Shown here: positions 10,568 through 19,705 of the stretch, in pieces | Layout: each line of letters begins with the position of its first letter | How positions within the stretch are numbered: the stretch's first letter is position 1 | DNA from: Armatimonadota bacterium | GTDB taxonomy: Bacteria > Armatimonadota > SYMT01 | DNA: 64,000 nucleotides | Reading direction: 5' to 3' | NCBI GenBank assembly: GCA_046292385.1 | Contig: JBKBRF010000003.1 | Location: forward strand, 262,225-326,224 | Notes under the pieces: model-generated | What the model was told of the DNA's origin: nothing | Databases searched by the model: none | Seen by the model: the letters and a program-made list of their open reading frames with translations, nothing else | Position numbers and translations under genes: made by a program

Positions 10568-10594
10568 CGCCCGGGAAGCACGGAGAAACCAGCG

Positions 10595-10897
10595 ATGCCC
10601 GAAGAAGTGATGGTGGTGGCGACCGTAGCGATCCTCTGCGGCACCGGTACGCTCTGCTTTGTCATCCACTCGATCAAGAGCGCCATCGTCGCGAGGAGCC
10701 GGGGGCAGAACGACGACGCGGTCCTCCAGGAGCTGCGGGAGCTGCGGGCGGAGATCGGGGCGTTGCGGCAGCAGAATAACGACGTCGTGCTGACTCTGGA
10801 CAGCAGCCTCGACCGGATCGACCGCCGGGTCTCGCACCTGGAGACGCGCTCCCGCACCGCCGAGCCGGAGCGTCAGCAGGTCGGACTCGGCCGGTAA
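10595..10897 (+). CDS. Small single-TM + coiled-coil protein, paralog 3 of 3
   Basis: LRQQNNDVVLTLDSSLDRIDRRVSHLETR...ERQQVGLGR. Confidence 0.8.
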   Translation: MPEEVMVVATVAILCGTGTLCFVIHSIKSAIVARSRGQNDDAVLQELRELRAEIGALRQQNNDVVLTLDSSLDRIDRRVSHLETRSRTAEPERQQVGLGR

Positions 10898-10927
10898 GCG
10901 GCGCGGGCGCACTCGGAGGGAGGATCG

Positions 10928-12094
10928 ATGGCACGTCAGGTTCTGATCGCTCTGGCCGCCGCGACGCTCGGCCTCGGGCTCCCCGCCGCCGCGCTCTCTC
11001 CGGCGCCCGGAGCTATCTCGTCCAGTGAGCGCCTGAGCCGGATCATTCCCCCGGGGATGTCGCTCTCGGGGCGCGGGGCCGAGCAGACGCTCCGCGCCAA
11101 CCGGGTGGCCGCACTGCTGAACGCGAACCGGCACACCCCGGAGACGCAGGCCGCCGCCCGCCAGTTTCTCGAGCGGTTTGTCGAGAACCGTCAGCCGCTG
11201 GAGTACCATGCCGCGGCGGGAATGGCTGTGCTCGTGCTGGGCGAGGCGTCCCGGAGCCGCGCTCTGACGCCGGACGAGCTGCAGGTGCTTCGCCAGTTGA
11301 GCGGGCGCTTCACCACGGTCCAGGCGCTCGCCCGTCTACTCTGCTCGGACGCGGAGCTGCGCGGCCAGCCCGAGGCAGCCCGGCTGGAGAGTTTCGACCG
11401 GCTGCTGGCCCGGGAGGGGGTATGCAGTCAACACGCGTTCCTGGTACTGAACGGCGGGAGTGCTCCGCAGGCGCTGCAGCGGTACTGGGAAGGCGGGCCT
11501 CGCTTCCAAGCGACCGGGCGCCCCGCCTACGAGGGGATCGCGCTTCAGCACTACTACTGCTTCCGAGGCATGAAATTCCCCAGCACCGGGGATGAGATCG
11601 CCTTTCTCTGGAGCCAGATCGAGGCGTACTACCGGCGCCTGGCAGCGGAGCCTCGAGGGCCGCGCCGGGGACAGGCGCTCCGCGAGGAAGCGCGGGCAGC
11701 CACGGCTCGCCTGATCGAGATCGGGGAGCCGGTGGTGCGCTTTCTTCTCTCCGATCCGCGGAGGCTGCGCGGACTGGCCGATCCGGAGGACATCCGCAGC
11801 GCAAGCGGGGAGCAGTTCGAGTTGTGGATCGTGAAGGCGTTGCCGCGGAAGGAGTTCGCTCCCGTCCTGCGGGAACTGGCAGCGTGCGACCTTCCATCGG
11901 TGCGGCGTGCGGCACTCGACGCTCTCGAGCGGATCGACGCCGGCAATCCGTCCCCGTACGGAGCGCACTACGTATTTAGCTTCGGCCGTCCATCCGGACT
12001 CTGCGGCAGACTCGGTCCGCAGTGGTCACCAGGCGGCGGACGAGGGTTGGCTTCCGCCCGGGCTCTCTCCCTGACATGCTCATCGACGACCTGA
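10928..12094 (+). CDS. Secreted hypothetical helical protein with a HEAT-like C-terminal motif
   Basis: Signal peptide; GGAGG RBS; 'PSVRRAALDALERI'; the 3' end overlaps the next gene. Confidence 0.55.
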   Translation: MARQVLIALAAATLGLGLPAAALSPAPGAISSSERLSRIIPPGMSLSGRGAEQTLRANRVAALLNANRHTPETQAAARQFLERFVENRQPLEYHAAAGMAVLVLGEASRSRALTPDELQVLRQLSGRFTTVQALARLLCSDAELRGQPEAARLESFDRLLAREGVCSQHAFLVLNGGSAPQALQRYWEGGPRFQATGRPAYEGIALQHYYCFRGMKFPSTGDEIAFLWSQIEAYYRRLAAEPRGPRRGQALREEARAATARLIEIGEPVVRFLLSDPRRLRGLADPEDIRSASGEQFELWIVKALPRKEFAPVLRELAACDLPSVRRAALDALERIDAGNPSPYGAHYVFSFGRPSGLCGRLGPQWSPGGGRGLASARALSLTCSSTT

Positions 12095-13698
12095 AGCTCC
12101 TCCAGGACCGCCACGGCTACCTGCCGCTGGACGAGCTGCGCGCCTACTCCGACCGCACCAATACCCCGCTCTACCAGATCCAGGCGGTCGCCAGCTTCTA
12201 CCCGCACTTCCGCCTGGCGCCGCCGCCGCGCCGGGAGGTCCACGTCTGCATGGACCTGGCCTGCCACCTCCGCGGCTCCCAGGAGCTCTACGCGCGGCTG
12301 CTGGGCCTTGGGCTGCCGCCGGAAGAGCTGCAGGTCCACCCCTGCTCCTGCCTGGGGCAGTGCGACCGCGCCCCGAGCGTCTTCATCGACGACCGCCCCG
12401 TCCCCCACGCCGCGTCGTACGAGCCCCGGGGGCTGGTGGAGATGCCGCCTTCAGTCCCGCGGGAGCCTCAGCGGGTGAATGTCGATCCGTATGACGGCCC
12501 CTCCGACTACCGGGCGTGGCGGGAGCTCCACCGGGGCGACCGCTCCGCGGAGACGGTGATCGCCGCGCTGAAGGAGAGCGGGCTCCGCGGGATGGGCGGC
12601 GCGGGCTTCCCCACCGGCGTGAAGTGGGAGCTGGTGCGGAACGCGCCCGGCGGGGTGAAGTACCTCGTCTGCAACGCGGACGAGAGCGAGCCGGGCACCT
12701 TTAAGGACCGGCACATCCTGGAGCACGCGCCGCACCTGGTGCTCGAAGGCATGCTGCTGGGGGCCGCCACGTCCGGCGCGGAGGAGGCGATCCTCTACCT
12801 CCGCCACGAATACCCCGGCCCGCGGGAGGCGTTCGCCGCGGAGCTGGAGCGGGCGCAGGCCGCCGGGCTGCTGGAAGGCGCGCCGCGGGTCCGGATCTTC
12901 GACAGCCCGGGCGGCTACATCTGCGGGGAGGAGACGGCGCTGCTGGAGGCGCTGGAGGGCAAGCGCGCGGAGCCCCGGAACAAGCCGCCGTTCCCCGGCA
13001 CCCACGGTCTCTGGGGCCGGCCGACGCTGATCAACAACGTGGAGACGCTCGTTCTCGCCGGCGCGATCCTGATCCGCGGCGCCGACTGGTACCGGTCGCA
13101 GGGCAAGAACGGTGGGGTCGGCCCCAAGTTCCTGGGGATCAGCGGCGACGTCCAGCGGCCCGGCGTCTACGAGGTCGCGCTCGGCGCCACGCTGCGGGAG
13201 CTGATCGAGGAGTACGGCGGCGGGATGCTGCCCGGCCAGGAGCTGTACGCGATCTCTCCCGGCGGCGCCTCCTCCGGGTTCCTGCCGCCCTCGCTAGCCG
13301 ATACGCCGCTCGAGTTCAAGGCGCTGGCCCAGGTCGGGAGCATGCTCGGCTCCGGGGCGCTGGTCGCGATCGGGACTGGACGCTGCATCCTCGACCTGGC
13401 GCTCAATTTCGTCCGCTTCTTCAAGAACGAGAGCTGCGGCAAGTGCGTGCCGTGCCGCGTGGGGACGGAGAAGCTGGTCGCCATGCTGGAAGGCTGGCGC
13501 GCCGGCCGCGGGAGTGAGGCCGACCTCGCGCTGCTGGAAGAGCTGGCCCCCGCGATGGCCGACGCCTCGATCTGCGGCCTGGGCCAGATCGCCCCCGCGC
13601 CGATCGTCTCCGCCCTCAAGCACTGGCCGGACGAGATCCGGGCCCACGTGCGGGAGGGACGCTGCCCGGCGGGCGTGTGCCCTGTAGGCCGAACCTGA
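12076..13698 (+). CDS. NuoE-NuoF-like fused NADH-binding flavo-iron-sulfur subunit
   Basis: N-terminal 2Fe-2S domain (CMDLAC, CLGQC); SGLRGMGGAGFPTG.KW, NADESEPGTFKDR, YICGEETAL, ESCGKCVPCR.G, SICGLG. Confidence 0.9.
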   Translation: MLIDDLKLLQDRHGYLPLDELRAYSDRTNTPLYQIQAVASFYPHFRLAPPPRREVHVCMDLACHLRGSQELYARLLGLGLPPEELQVHPCSCLGQCDRAPSVFIDDRPVPHAASYEPRGLVEMPPSVPREPQRVNVDPYDGPSDYRAWRELHRGDRSAETVIAALKESGLRGMGGAGFPTGVKWELVRNAPGGVKYLVCNADESEPGTFKDRHILEHAPHLVLEGMLLGAATSGAEEAILYLRHEYPGPREAFAAELERAQAAGLLEGAPRVRIFDSPGGYICGEETALLEALEGKRAEPRNKPPFPGTHGLWGRPTLINNVETLVLAGAILIRGADWYRSQGKNGGVGPKFLGISGDVQRPGVYEVALGATLRELIEEYGGGMLPGQELYAISPGGASSGFLPPSLADTPLEFKALAQVGSMLGSGALVAIGTGRCILDLALNFVRFFKNESCGKCVPCRVGTEKLVAMLEGWRAGRGSEADLALLEELAPAMADASICGLGQIAPAPIVSALKHWPDEIRAHVREGRCPAGVCPVGRT

Positions 13699-13700
13699 AG

Positions 13701-13746
13701 AGGTGTAACAAAGGAGATCTGGGGATGAATTGGGGATGAGGGGATG
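13701..13746. repeat. GGGGATGAA-type repeat arm
   Basis: GGTGTAACAAAGGAGATCTGGGGATGAATTGGGGATGAGGGGATG is near-identical to the reverse complement of about 32303-32347. Confidence 0.7.
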
Positions 13747-14048
13747 GGCAGTCAATCGCGCTCAGACTCCTACTCTTTCTCCTTCTCATTCTCTTTCTCC
13801 GAAGGCCCGCCGCAAACGAGTAGCTCTCCGGGCAAGCGCATGGCTCTACCCTGGGCGTCTGCGGTCGATCCGGCTGCGGGCGGGCCGCTGCCCCGCCGGA
13901 GTCTGCCTTAAAGTCAAAAGGCTAAAGGCTAAAGGTTAAAGGCTAAAGACCGAACCATCCGTGGGCGGGAGAGAGCTGCTCCTGGCGTCCGCCGCGACCC
14001 GTCCCACAGACCTACACGCTACCCGCTAAACGCTACACCCTTCCCCGG

Positions 14049-15680
14049 ATGCGCCGATTACTGCCAATCCTCTCGGGAACGCTGCTGCTTCTGGCAGCCT
14101 GGAGCGGCACCGCAGACGCGCCGGGGTACGACCTGGTGGTCCGCGGCGGGCGGGTGGTGGACGGGACGGGGAACCCGGCGTTCTTTGGCGACGTGGCGGT
14201 CAAGGACGGGCACATCGCTGAAGTGGGCGCCGTGCCGGGGCGGGGGCGGGAAGAGGTCGACGTCGACGGGCAGGTGGTGGCGCCCGGGTTCATCGACGTC
14301 CACACCCACGCGGAGAACGTGGAGTCGCTGCCGCTGGCGGAGAGCTTCGTCCGCATGGGCGTCACCAGCGTGGTGACCGGCAACTGCGGCGGCTCGAAGC
14401 TGGATGTCGCCGCCTTCTTCCGGTCGCTGGAGCAGAAGCCGGCTTCGATCAATGTCGCCACGCTGGTCGGGCACAATACCGTGCGCGAGGAAGCGATGGG
14501 CGGCTCGTTCGACCGCCCGCCGACGGCGGACGAGCTGGCGCACATGCAGGGGCTGGTCTGGGGCGCGATGGCGGACGGGGCGGTCGGGCTCTCCACCGGG
14601 CTGATCTACCTCCCGGGCACCTTCTCGAAGACCGAGGAGATCATCGCGCTGGCGAAGGTCGCCTCGGTCCACGACGGCATCTACGCCAGCCACATTCGCA
14701 ATGAGGGGAACGGCATCCGGACCGCGCTGGACGAGCTGTTCCAGGTGGCGCGGGAGGCGCGGATCCGCGCGCAGGTGTCGCACCTCAAGCTCGGCGGGAA
14801 GGCGGCCTGGGGCCGCGCCGAAGAGGTGCTGGGGGCGATTGAGCGCGCCCGCGCGGACGGGCTCGACGTCACCCAGGACCAGTATGTCTACACCGCCTCC
14901 AGCACCGGGATCAGCCAGATGATCCCCTCCGAGGCGCGCGAGGGCAGCCGGGAGCAGTTCCTCGCCCGGATCGCCGATCCGGCGCAGAAGGCGAAGATTG
15001 CCGCGCAGATGCGGGAGAGCCTGCGGGCGCGGGGCCAGGAGAGCTACGACTACGCCGTCATCGCCAGCTACCGGGCCGATCCGTCGCTGAACGGGAAGAA
15101 CCTGGTGGAGGCGGCGCGGCTCAAGCGCGGCTCCGACAGCCTGGCGGACCAGATCGAGCTGATCCTGGAGATCCAGGCGAACGGCGGCGCCTCCGGCGTG
15201 TTCCACGGCATGAGCGAGGCGGACCTCACCACCTTCCTGCGGCACCCGAACACGATGGTCGCGGCCGACAGTGGGGTCCGCCGCTTCGGGGAGGGCGTGC
15301 CGCACCCGCGCGGCTACGGCAACAACGCCCGCGTGCTGGCGCGGTACGTCCGGGAGCAGAAGGTGCTGCGGCTGGAAGACGCCGTGCGGAAGATGACCTC
15401 CCTTCCCGCCGGCACGTTCCGGCTGCGCGACCGCGGCCTGCTGCGGCCGGGTGCCCGGGCGGACCTGGTAGTCTTCGACCCCGCCCGGGTCCAGGACCGC
15501 GCCACCTACCAGGCGCCGCACGCCTACCCGGACGGCATCCCCTACGTCTGGGTGAACGGGGTGGCGGTGGTCCGCCGCGGCGAGCACACCGGCGCCCGCC
15601 CGGGAATGCCGCTCCGCCATGCTGAGAAAAAGCTGCCGGAGACGCTATCCCGGCGTCTCTCTCCACGCTCTAACGAGTAG
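14049..15680 (+). CDS. N-acyl-D-amino-acid deacylase (D-aminoacylase), secreted
   Basis: GGRVVDGTG, APGFIDVHTH, GNCG, GLSTGLIY.PG, HPRGYG, RKMTSLPA. Confidence 0.9.
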   Translation: MRRLLPILSGTLLLLAAWSGTADAPGYDLVVRGGRVVDGTGNPAFFGDVAVKDGHIAEVGAVPGRGREEVDVDGQVVAPGFIDVHTHAENVESLPLAESFVRMGVTSVVTGNCGGSKLDVAAFFRSLEQKPASINVATLVGHNTVREEAMGGSFDRPPTADELAHMQGLVWGAMADGAVGLSTGLIYLPGTFSKTEEIIALAKVASVHDGIYASHIRNEGNGIRTALDELFQVAREARIRAQVSHLKLGGKAAWGRAEEVLGAIERARADGLDVTQDQYVYTASSTGISQMIPSEAREGSREQFLARIADPAQKAKIAAQMRESLRARGQESYDYAVIASYRADPSLNGKNLVEAARLKRGSDSLADQIELILEIQANGGASGVFHGMSEADLTTFLRHPNTMVAADSGVRRFGEGVPHPRGYGNNARVLARYVREQKVLRLEDAVRKMTSLPAGTFRLRDRGLLRPGARADLVVFDPARVQDRATYQAPHAYPDGIPYVWVNGVAVVRRGEHTGARPGMPLRHAEKKLPETLSRRLSPRSNE

Positions 15681-15776
15681 AACGCCCTCACGGATTAGCG
15701 GGGGCGACTCGTATCTAAGGTGACCAGAAAACGAAATCAGTCATTGGTCATCACGCGGGCGAGAGGAGCGATGACG

Positions 15777-16871
15777 ATGTGGAGCCGAGATCGAGTGCGG
15801 TTGCTGGCGGTCGCGGGCGCGGCAGGCGCCGTGATGGCGTTCGCGGGGATCAGCGTGGGAGCCCAGGAGCCGGACGAGGCACGGCCTGCCGCGATCATGG
15901 CCGCGACGCGGAGCGAGGTGATCGAGGGCGTGCTGAAGGCGCTGCACGAGGACTACGTCTTCCCGGAAGTGGCGGAGAAGATGGCGGCGGCGGTCCGGGA
16001 GAAGGCCGGCCGCAAGGAATACGATTCGCTCACGAGCGGAGAGGCGCTGGCGGAGCGGCTGACCGCCGACCTGCAGGCCGTCTCTCGGGATAAGCACCTC
16101 CGGGTCCGCTACAGCCCCTCGCCGATACCGCAGCCGGTGCGGCGGGAGCCGACCGCCGCAGACCGGGAGCGGATGCGGTTCGGGGGCCAGAAGATGAACG
16201 GCGCCTTCCGCAAGGTGGAGCGGATGGCGGGCAACGTCGGCTACCTCGACTTCCGGATCTTCATGTCGCCGGAGGTCGCCGCCGAGCCGGCCGCGTCGGC
16301 CATGAACTTCCTGGCGAACACCGACGCGCTGATCATCGACCTCCGCCGCAACGGCGGCGGCGACCCGGCGATGGTGGCGCACCTCTGCAGCTACTTCTTC
16401 GATGAGAAGCCGATCCACCTGAACAGCCTCTACTGGCGCAAGGGCGACCGCACGGAGGAGTACTGGACGGTGAAGGATCTCGCCGGAAAGCGGTATCTGG
16501 ACAAGCCGGTCTACGTGCTCACGAGCAACCGCACCTTCTCCGGCGCGGAAGAGTTTACCTACAACCTCAAGAACCTGAAGCGGGTGACGGTGGTGGGGGA
16601 GACGACCGGCGGCGGCGCGCACCCCGGCGGCATGGTGCGGGTGAACGAGCACTTCGGCGTCTTCGTGCCCAGCGGCCGGGCGATCAACCCGATCACGAAG
16701 ACGAACTGGGAAGGCACCGGCGTGACTCCGCACGTGGAGGTCCCGGCCGACCAGGCACTGGAGAAGGCGCACGAGCTGGCGGTGAAGGAGGTGCTCGAGC
16801 GCACCACCGACGAGGAAGTCCGGCAGAACGTCCGGTGGGAAGTGGAGCAGGCGAAGGCGGGGAGGTTCTGA
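15777..16871 (+). CDS. S41 family peptidase (IRBP-like)
   Basis: YVFPE, DKHLRV, IIDLRRNGGG, TFSGAEEF, GETTGGGAHP, NWEGTGV.P; start approximate. Confidence 0.9.
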   Translation: MWSRDRVRLLAVAGAAGAVMAFAGISVGAQEPDEARPAAIMAATRSEVIEGVLKALHEDYVFPEVAEKMAAAVREKAGRKEYDSLTSGEALAERLTADLQAVSRDKHLRVRYSPSPIPQPVRREPTAADRERMRFGGQKMNGAFRKVERMAGNVGYLDFRIFMSPEVAAEPAASAMNFLANTDALIIDLRRNGGGDPAMVAHLCSYFFDEKPIHLNSLYWRKGDRTEEYWTVKDLAGKRYLDKPVYVLTSNRTFSGAEEFTYNLKNLKRVTVVGETTGGGAHPGGMVRVNEHFGVFVPSGRAINPITKTNWEGTGVTPHVEVPADQALEKAHELAVKEVLERTTDEEVRQNVRWEVEQAKAGRF

Positions 16872-16872
16872 G

Positions 16873-18318
16873 ATGAAGGTGGTTTTCCTGACGGCGCTCG
16901 CCGCGGCCTGCCTGGCCGCGGTGGTCGCCTCGGCGGCGCCGGAGCCGCCGAAGATCCCGGAGACGCCGGCCGGAAAGCGGTTCGCGGAGCTCCTGAAGGC
17001 GCACGCCTCCGGCAAGCCGGAGGTAATCCGCGAGGCGCTGGAGCAGGCGAGCCCGGGGCTCCCGGAGGACCGGCTGCAGCGGCGGGTCGAGGTGATGCTG
17101 GCGTTCCGGGGGCAGGTCGGGGATGTCGACCTGCTCCGGATCCAGGCGGACGGCGAGCACTCGGTCACCGGCGACCTGCGCAGCCGGCTCACGGAGGAGA
17201 CGCGGCGCGTGCGGATCGACGTGGAGCCGCAGCCGCCTCACGCCATCCGGACGATCATGCTGCAGCCGGTCGACGCGGAGCCGGGCGAGGCGCCGCGGGA
17301 CTGGAGCGACGCGGAGCTGGAGCGGGAAGTCGGCGCCTTCGTGAAGCGCCTGGCCGACGCCGGCCGCTTCTCCGGCGCCGTGCTGGTGGCGAAGAACGGC
17401 AAGCCGCTCTACCGGGAGGCGTTCGGGCTGGCGAACCGCGCCTATCAGGTGCCGAACCGGCCGGACACCAAGTTCAACCTCGGCTCCATGAACAAGATGT
17501 TCACGGCGGTCGCCATCGGGCAGCTCGTGGAGCGGGGGAAGCTGAGGTTCGAGGATACGGTCGGCACGCACCTGCCGCAGTTCCCGAACAAGGACGTGCG
17601 GGAGAAGGTGACGATCCACCAGCTCCTGAGCCACACCTCCGGGATGGGGAGCTACTTCAACCAGGAGTTCATGGAGAGCTCGCGCGACCGGTTCCGCAGC
17701 GTGGCGGACTACGAGCCGCTCTACGCCTTCGAGAAGCTCCAGTTCGAGCCGGGGAAGGGCTGGGCCTACAGCAACTCCGGCTTCATGCTGCTCGGCGCGA
17801 TCCTCGAGAAGGTGACCGGGCAGAGCTACTTCGACTACGTGCGGGAGAACATCTACCGCCCGGCCGGGATGACCAACACCGACGCCTACGAGATGGACTC
17901 CGACACGCCGAACCTGGCCTACGGCTACACGAAGATGGGCCCCACCGGTCCCACGCAGGAGTGGCGGAACAACCTCTACCTGCACGTGATCAAGGGCGGC
18001 CCGGCGGGCGGCGGCTTCTCGACGGTCGACGACCTGCTCCAGTTCGGCGAGGCGCTGCGGAGCCACAAGCTGCTGAGCGCGGAGACGACGGAGCGGATGT
18101 TCCGGAAGCAGAGCGGCGACCAGCCTCAGCAGTACGGCTACGGCTTCCAGCTCGGCCGCAACCCCGGGGAGGTGGGCCACAGCGGCGGCTTCCCCGGCAT
18201 CAGCAGCGAGCTGAACCTCTACCTCCGGAGCGGCTACACCGTGGCGGTGCTCTCCAACATCGACCAGGGCGCGCCGCCGGTGGTGGAGAAGCTGCGGAGG
18301 ATGCTGAGCCGGCCGTAG
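16873..18318 (+). CDS. Serine hydrolase, beta-lactamase/AmpC-like (S12) family
   Basis: SMNK (SxxK), LLSHTSG, YSN, HSGG motifs; signal peptide. Confidence 0.9.
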   Translation: MKVVFLTALAAACLAAVVASAAPEPPKIPETPAGKRFAELLKAHASGKPEVIREALEQASPGLPEDRLQRRVEVMLAFRGQVGDVDLLRIQADGEHSVTGDLRSRLTEETRRVRIDVEPQPPHAIRTIMLQPVDAEPGEAPRDWSDAELEREVGAFVKRLADAGRFSGAVLVAKNGKPLYREAFGLANRAYQVPNRPDTKFNLGSMNKMFTAVAIGQLVERGKLRFEDTVGTHLPQFPNKDVREKVTIHQLLSHTSGMGSYFNQEFMESSRDRFRSVADYEPLYAFEKLQFEPGKGWAYSNSGFMLLGAILEKVTGQSYFDYVRENIYRPAGMTNTDAYEMDSDTPNLAYGYTKMGPTGPTQEWRNNLYLHVIKGGPAGGGFSTVDDLLQFGEALRSHKLLSAETTERMFRKQSGDQPQQYGYGFQLGRNPGEVGHSGGFPGISSELNLYLRSGYTVAVLSNIDQGAPPVVEKLRRMLSRP

Positions 18319-18591
18319 GTTGACTGAGTGGGAGAGTGGGAGAGTGCGGGAGTGGGGGAGTGGGGGACCCGGAGCGGGTTGTCCGGCCCCCGCTCTCTCT
18401 CTGCATTGTGGCCCGCGGGTGGACTTCCGGGGCCCGGAGGTTGAGCGTGAAGAGACCGCGGGAGCGCCCCGCCCGCGAGCGATCACCCCGCCGCGGTGCC
18501 TTCTGCCATTTCTTTCAACTTGCCCGCTCGCAGGAGGTCAGGTAGGATTGGGGGTCTTTCATCTCTCAACTCCCATCCTCAAACTTGCAAA

Positions 18592-19698
18592 ATGGGCTCG
18601 GACGTTTATAACCTCAACATTGCGGCGGACACCGCCCTCCCCACCCCGCGCGAGGTGATGCGGCGGATGCCGCTCACGCCGGAGCTGCAGGAGCGCGTGG
18701 CCGGCCACCGCCAGACCCTGCAGGCGATCCTGGACCGGCGCGATCCCCGGCTCTTTGTGGTGGTCGGCCCCTGCTCCATCCACGATCCCCACTCCGCCCT
18801 GGAGTACGCGGAGCGCCTGCAGCGCCTGGCGGAGCAGGTGAGCGACACCCTGTTTCTGGTGATGCGAGTCTACTTCGAGAAGCCGCGCACCGTGAGCGGG
18901 TGGAAGGGGTTTATCAACGATCCGAACCTGGACGACTCGTTCCAGATCGAGGAAGGCTTCTTCCGCGCGCGGGACCTGCTGCTCCGGATCACCCAGATCG
19001 GCCTGCCGGTGGCGACCGAGGCGCTCGATCCGATCAACCCGCAGTACATCGGCGATCTGATCTCCTGGACCGCCATCGGCGCCCGAACCACCGAGTCGCA
19101 GACGCACCGGGAGATGGCGAGCGGCCTCTCCACGCCGGTCGCCTTTAAGAATGGCACCGACGGCAACATCGAGGTGGCGATCAACGCGATCCGGTCGTCG
19201 TCTACCCCGCACCGCTTCCTGGGGATCAACCCGGACGGCCAGTGCTCCGTCTTCCACACCCGCGGCAATGCCTACGGGCACGTGGTGCTCCGCGGCGGGC
19301 GCAAGCCGAACTACGACGCCGCCAGCATCGCCGAGTGCGAGGCGCGGCTCCAGTCCGCCGGCCTGCCCCCGAACATCGTGGTCGACTGCAGCCACGGCAA
19401 CTCCTCCAAAGACCCCTCCCGCCAGCCGCTCGTCTTCCGGGACTGCGTGCAGCAGGTCCGCGAGGGGAACCGCTCGATCCTCGGCCTGATGCTGGAGAGC
19501 CACCTGTTCGCCGGCCGGCAGGATATTCCGAAAGACCTCTCGGGACTCCGCTACGGCGTCTCCGTCACCGATGCCTGCATCGACTGGCCGACCACCGAGG
19601 AGCTGCTCCTCCAGGCCCGCGAGGAGCTGCGGCCGGTGATCCAGGAGCGCGGACGGGAAGAGCTGGGCCGCGAAGGACTGCTGACCCCCACGAGGTAG
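18592..19698 (+). CDS. 3-deoxy-7-phosphoheptulonate synthase, class I-alpha (AroF/G/H type)
   Basis: GPCSIHD, RVYFEKPRT..GWKG, AIGARTTESQTHR, FKNGTDG, DCSHGNS, YGVSVTDACI; TTGCCC-N17-TAGGAT promoter at 18520-18548. Confidence 0.95.
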   Translation: MGSDVYNLNIAADTALPTPREVMRRMPLTPELQERVAGHRQTLQAILDRRDPRLFVVVGPCSIHDPHSALEYAERLQRLAEQVSDTLFLVMRVYFEKPRTVSGWKGFINDPNLDDSFQIEEGFFRARDLLLRITQIGLPVATEALDPINPQYIGDLISWTAIGARTTESQTHREMASGLSTPVAFKNGTDGNIEVAINAIRSSSTPHRFLGINPDGQCSVFHTRGNAYGHVVLRGGRKPNYDAASIAECEARLQSAGLPPNIVVDCSHGNSSKDPSRQPLVFRDCVQQVREGNRSILGLMLESHLFAGRQDIPKDLSGLRYGVSVTDACIDWPTTEELLLQAREELRPVIQERGREELGREGLLTPTR

Positions 19699-19705
19699 AG
19701 CCCCG

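Noticed and set aside
16873..18318. Beta-lactam resistance gene
   Set aside because: SxxK/YxN/HSG motifs are shared by many S12 peptidases and esterases; the context with an S41 peptidase and D-aminoacylase suggests peptide catabolism.
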